21,153 nt of DNA from the NCBI GenBank assembly GCA_044356295.1, contig JBIKWN010000041.1:1-21153 (forward strand), in the 5' to 3' direction. The translations under genes were made by a program, and so were the position numbers. Each line of letters begins with the position of its first letter. The first letter of the stretch is position 1. Of the stretch, positions 18,445-21,153 are shown piece by piece. The notes beneath the pieces were generated by a model. It was not told where the DNA came from, did no database searches, and saw only the letters and a program-made list of their open reading frames with translations. This DNA is from Bdellovibrionota bacterium. Lineage in GTDB: Bacteria > Bdellovibrionota_C > UBA2361 > JBIKWN01.

Positions 18445-19300
18445 TAGTGCGCTCTGTGCAGGTTTTGATCCTGTGATTGAAACTGTGCCGCTTTGTTTTA
18501 AAAAACTTGGTGGTAAAGAACTAGGAAATGTCGATGCTACGACAACTGTGCTTACTGAGTTCTACCGATTTGCAATTGAAATACTTTCTGGATCAATTGC
18601 GTGCATAAAACCTAATATCGCTTTTTTTGAGCAATACGGAATTGCTGGGCTGGTTGCACTAAAAAATATTTTGGCGATTTCACGTGAACATAAAATTCCT
18701 TCTATTCTTGATGCCAAGCGTGGCGATATAGGAACAACTGCAAAAGCTTATGCAGATGCTTATTTTAAAACTTCAGATTTTGAAGCTGATTCCGTAACAG
18801 TAAATCCATTTTTAGGATTTGATACTGTCAAAGTATTTCTTGATGGTGCAGTCGAAAATAATAAAGGAATTTTTATACTTGTTAAGACTTCAAATCCTGG
18901 ATCAGATGATTTGCAAGATCTTTTGGTGAACGAACTCTCAATCTCAGATAGAGTTGCAAAGTGGGTAGCTGATAATAGTAAATATCTTTCAGGAGACTCA
19001 GCCGAAGCAAAAAATCTAAGTGGTCTTGGCGCAGTTGTTGGAGCAACTCATCCCGCTCACCTATTAAAACTTCGAACGCTTATGCCACAGTCCTTGTTAT
19101 TAATTCCTGGCTATGGTGCTCAAGGTGGTACTGCAGAAGATGTGCTGCCTGCTTTTATAAAACCTCAGTTAGGAGCTGTCATCAATGCATCCAGAGGCCT
19201 TATGAATAATTTCAAATCTTCCGATGCATCAATTGAAATATTAAAAGAAGAGCTGAAAAACACTGCTAACAATTTATCGCTACCACTCAATAAAAAGTAA
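18401..19300 (+). CDS. pyrF: Orotidine-5'-phosphate decarboxylase
   Basis: 299 aa; LCAGFDP, KPNIAFFEQYG, catalytic DAKRGDIGTT, LVKTSNPGS, GAVVGAT, LIPGYGAQGG, NASR. Confidence 0.97.
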   Translation: MKFIDYLSQTALRNNSALCAGFDPVIETVPLCFKKLGGKELGNVDATTTVLTEFYRFAIEILSGSIACIKPNIAFFEQYGIAGLVALKNILAISREHKIPSILDAKRGDIGTTAKAYADAYFKTSDFEADSVTVNPFLGFDTVKVFLDGAVENNKGIFILVKTSNPGSDDLQDLLVNELSISDRVAKWVADNSKYLSGDSAEAKNLSGLGAVVGATHPAHLLKLRTLMPQSLLLIPGYGAQGGTAEDVLPAFIKPQLGAVINASRGLMNNFKSSDASIEILKEELKNTANNLSLPLNKK

Positions 19301-19303
19301 ACT

Positions 19304-20176
19304 ATGAAACTTCCTGACCTCCATCCTATTGATGCTGAACAACGATTTACTGATGTTTTTTCAAGGCTGAAAAAAACAGTTCAAACTTCACCGAATGCAG
19401 ATGAAAAGATTGCAACTTTTTGGGATGCGGATTGGCAACGAGCCCCATTTGAAGAGGAACTTACACTTAGGCAGCTTGCTTCACTTACGGTCGATACACT
19501 TACAAAAAAGAAATCATTTAATACTGAAAAAATGATAGCGCTTGCGCTTGCACTTGAACGAGGCTTAGGAGATGGCAAAAAAACTCTTTCTCTTGTTACA
19601 AACAATCATACCGAATCAGATAAAAATCTTTTCTATAAGGCTGACTTTACCGAATCGGTTGAAACAATTATTTATTTTTATGGTAGACAAAAACTTGCTC
19701 AAGAAGTTTTTAAAGGTACACAATTTGAAAAGTTTTTTACCTCAGTATTTGGAGCGATATCCCGAAAGGACATACAAGACCCTTGGGCAACAGAAAGTAA
19801 AATTAAAGATGAAAAAGTAATTTTACAATACGCTCAAGATACAATCCCAGAAGTACTGATTCATTTTCGAACCGCATTAACTGGACCTGGCACCTCCACG
19901 AAACACTTACTTCTTTCATATAACATCGCACAAGAAACACTGGCCGCGGCTGAAGAACTTATTCTGCCACTTCTCTTCAGTATTAAAGCAAAACAAGTAG
20001 TAATAAATAAAAAAATCATCCCTTCACACTATTCCCTCCATCCCGAATCATCAGCAACAATTTTCAAAGCACTCAAAGGTCATACGATAAAATCAAAAGA
20101 AAAGTTTAAAGATACGTTCTCTTTGCCGTTTCCATTTTTTGATGTTGAGTTGATTTTTCGGATTGTTAAGAAGTAG
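19304..20176 (+). CDS. Hypothetical protein
   Basis: 290-aa ORF starting 3 nt after the pyrF stop; no family recognised. Confidence 0.8.
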   Translation: MKLPDLHPIDAEQRFTDVFSRLKKTVQTSPNADEKIATFWDADWQRAPFEEELTLRQLASLTVDTLTKKKSFNTEKMIALALALERGLGDGKKTLSLVTNNHTESDKNLFYKADFTESVETIIYFYGRQKLAQEVFKGTQFEKFFTSVFGAISRKDIQDPWATESKIKDEKVILQYAQDTIPEVLIHFRTALTGPGTSTKHLLLSYNIAQETLAAAEELILPLLFSIKAKQVVINKKIIPSHYSLHPESSATIFKALKGHTIKSKEKFKDTFSLPFPFFDVELIFRIVKK

Positions 20177-20183
20177 GACAATC

Positions 20184-20201
20184 AGGGGACGCTCACCTTT
20201 A
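20184..20201 (+). repeat. 18-bp dispersed motif, copy 4
   Basis: AGGGGACGCTCACCTTTA, 7 nt after the stop at 20176; identical to copy 3. Confidence 0.85.
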
Positions 20202-20356
20202 TAACATATTGTTTTTTAAGCTGAATTTATCAAGATCTCTATAATAATTAACCCTCTTGGTCGTATAGCGAGTCCCACGGGCATCGTCGTCGTTAAATTT
20301 TTACTACACCTTGATTAAAAAACTATCATAACTGAGATGAGATTAAAGGGGATGAT

Positions 20357-21153
20357 ATGCTTCAAGAACCAAACAAAGAACCAATTAAACGCGGTGGCGG
20401 CTCTAGCGATGCCCACATTCCGAGTGCTGGCGATACGCTATTCAATTTGAGTCCAGATTTGACTGCTGAGAATCTTGTTAAGTCACTAGACTACCAAATC
20501 ATTAGAATTTTTAATGAAGGTATATGGGGTATTTTATGTCGTGAATCAGGTGACCTTCCGTGCAAGACGGACTCATGGTTTTATTATAATAAATGGTCCT
20601 TCGAGAATGAGCAGAATAAAATTCGCAGAGCTCTCGCGCCAATTAAAGGGATTACCGTTGGTGTGCAAGATCTACTTCTTGATGATACCCGACGTGCGAT
20701 CGCAGATGATGGGTATGGATACAGAACTGGATATATCGAGCATGAAGCAAAGTGTTTGTTGAGTTTTGACGAACAATCATTGACTGTATTGAAGGCCGTT
20801 GCTGCTGATATTAATACCATTGTGGCTGAATCGTATCGTGAATACAAAGAATCTGCTTCAAGAATGTCTGCTTCAAGAATATCATGTGAATATAAAACTC
20901 TACAATCGACACAAAACGGACGAACAGTACAGAAGTATGTTATCGATAACGCTCAACGCGAGATTGAAAGCTATCTGGAAAACTTATCTAAAGGATTAAT
21001 TATAGGACAAGAAAGGCGTTTTGAAGTTGTTTCGCCCTCTTGGTTTGAGGGACCTTACCTTAGATCTTTCAAAGGTATAATTCGATACTATGGTGAACCT
21101 ATAGGGGTATCAGCTGTCTTTGATGGTAAGAGTGTAAAAGTCTATGAGCATGG
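20357..21153 (+). CDS. Hypothetical protein, 3' truncated by window edge (absent from the ORF track)
   Basis: AAAGGGGA Shine-Dalgarno, then ATG at 20357. Manual translation is open for 265 codons to the window end (MLQEPNKEPIKRGGGSSDAH...VFDGKSVKVYEH). No family recognised. Confidence 0.8.
   Translation, partial: MLQEPNKEPIKRGGGSSDAHIPSAGDTLFNLSPDLTAENLVKSLDYQIIRIFNEGIWGILCRESGDLPCKTDSWFYYNKWSFENEQNKIRRALAPIKGITVGVQDLLLDDTRRAIADDGYGYRTGYIEHEAKCLLSFDEQSLTVLKAVAADINTIVAESYREYKESASRMSASRISCEYKTLQSTQNGRTVQKYVIDNAQREIESYLENLSKGLIIGQERRFEVVSPSWFEGPYLRSFKGIIRYYGEPIGVSAVFDGKSVKVYEH
20852..20880 (+). repeat. 15-bp-period tandem duplication
   Basis: TCTGCTTCAAGAAT at 20852-20865 and 20867-20880; in frame (SASRM-SASRI). 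Confidence 0.85.

Noticed and set aside
1873..19820. Short ORFs nested in or antisense to long genes (e.g. 2884-3222, 3979-4356, 13877-14173, 14794-15261, 19572-19820)
   Set aside because: They are shadow frames of well-supported CDSs with no recognisable motifs.
20255..20300. GC-richer patch in the last intergenic region as tRNA or ncRNA
   Set aside because: No cloverleaf, T-loop motif or stable stem could be identified.
20514..20999. Track ORFs 20514-20762, 20584-20847 and 20799-20999
   Set aside because: All lie within the longer open frame starting at 20357.

Overview
AT-rich bacterial chromosomal segment with a housekeeping backbone: folD-gcvT-gcvH-gcvP (-), ald (+), class I fumarase (+), minCDE (-), and pgpA-aminopeptidase-pyrF-hypothetical (+). 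Small accessory cassettes interrupt it. Bases 1-1642 hold two convergent toxin-first type II toxin-antitoxin operons with tandem palindromic operators, plus a decayed ORF6N gene. A GxxExxY PD-(D/E)XK gene between ald and fumarase is bracketed by perfect 36-bp inverted repeats with 9-bp internal periodicity, and a truncated third copy of that repeat opens the window. A second 18-bp motif (AGGGGACGCTCACCTTTA) occurs four times, always just after a stop codon. Host coding sequence next to most of these repeats shows a mirror-image third-codon-position skew (G/T on the strand running into the repeat). This suggests a transposase-free, repeat-bounded cassette system that leaves a strand-asymmetric mutational footprint. 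Three exported proteins downstream of gcvP look like a very divergent orphan traW-traU-trbC set. An ORF missing from the supplied track starts at 20357 and runs off the end. All family assignments come from motif recognition by eye, and no searches were run.
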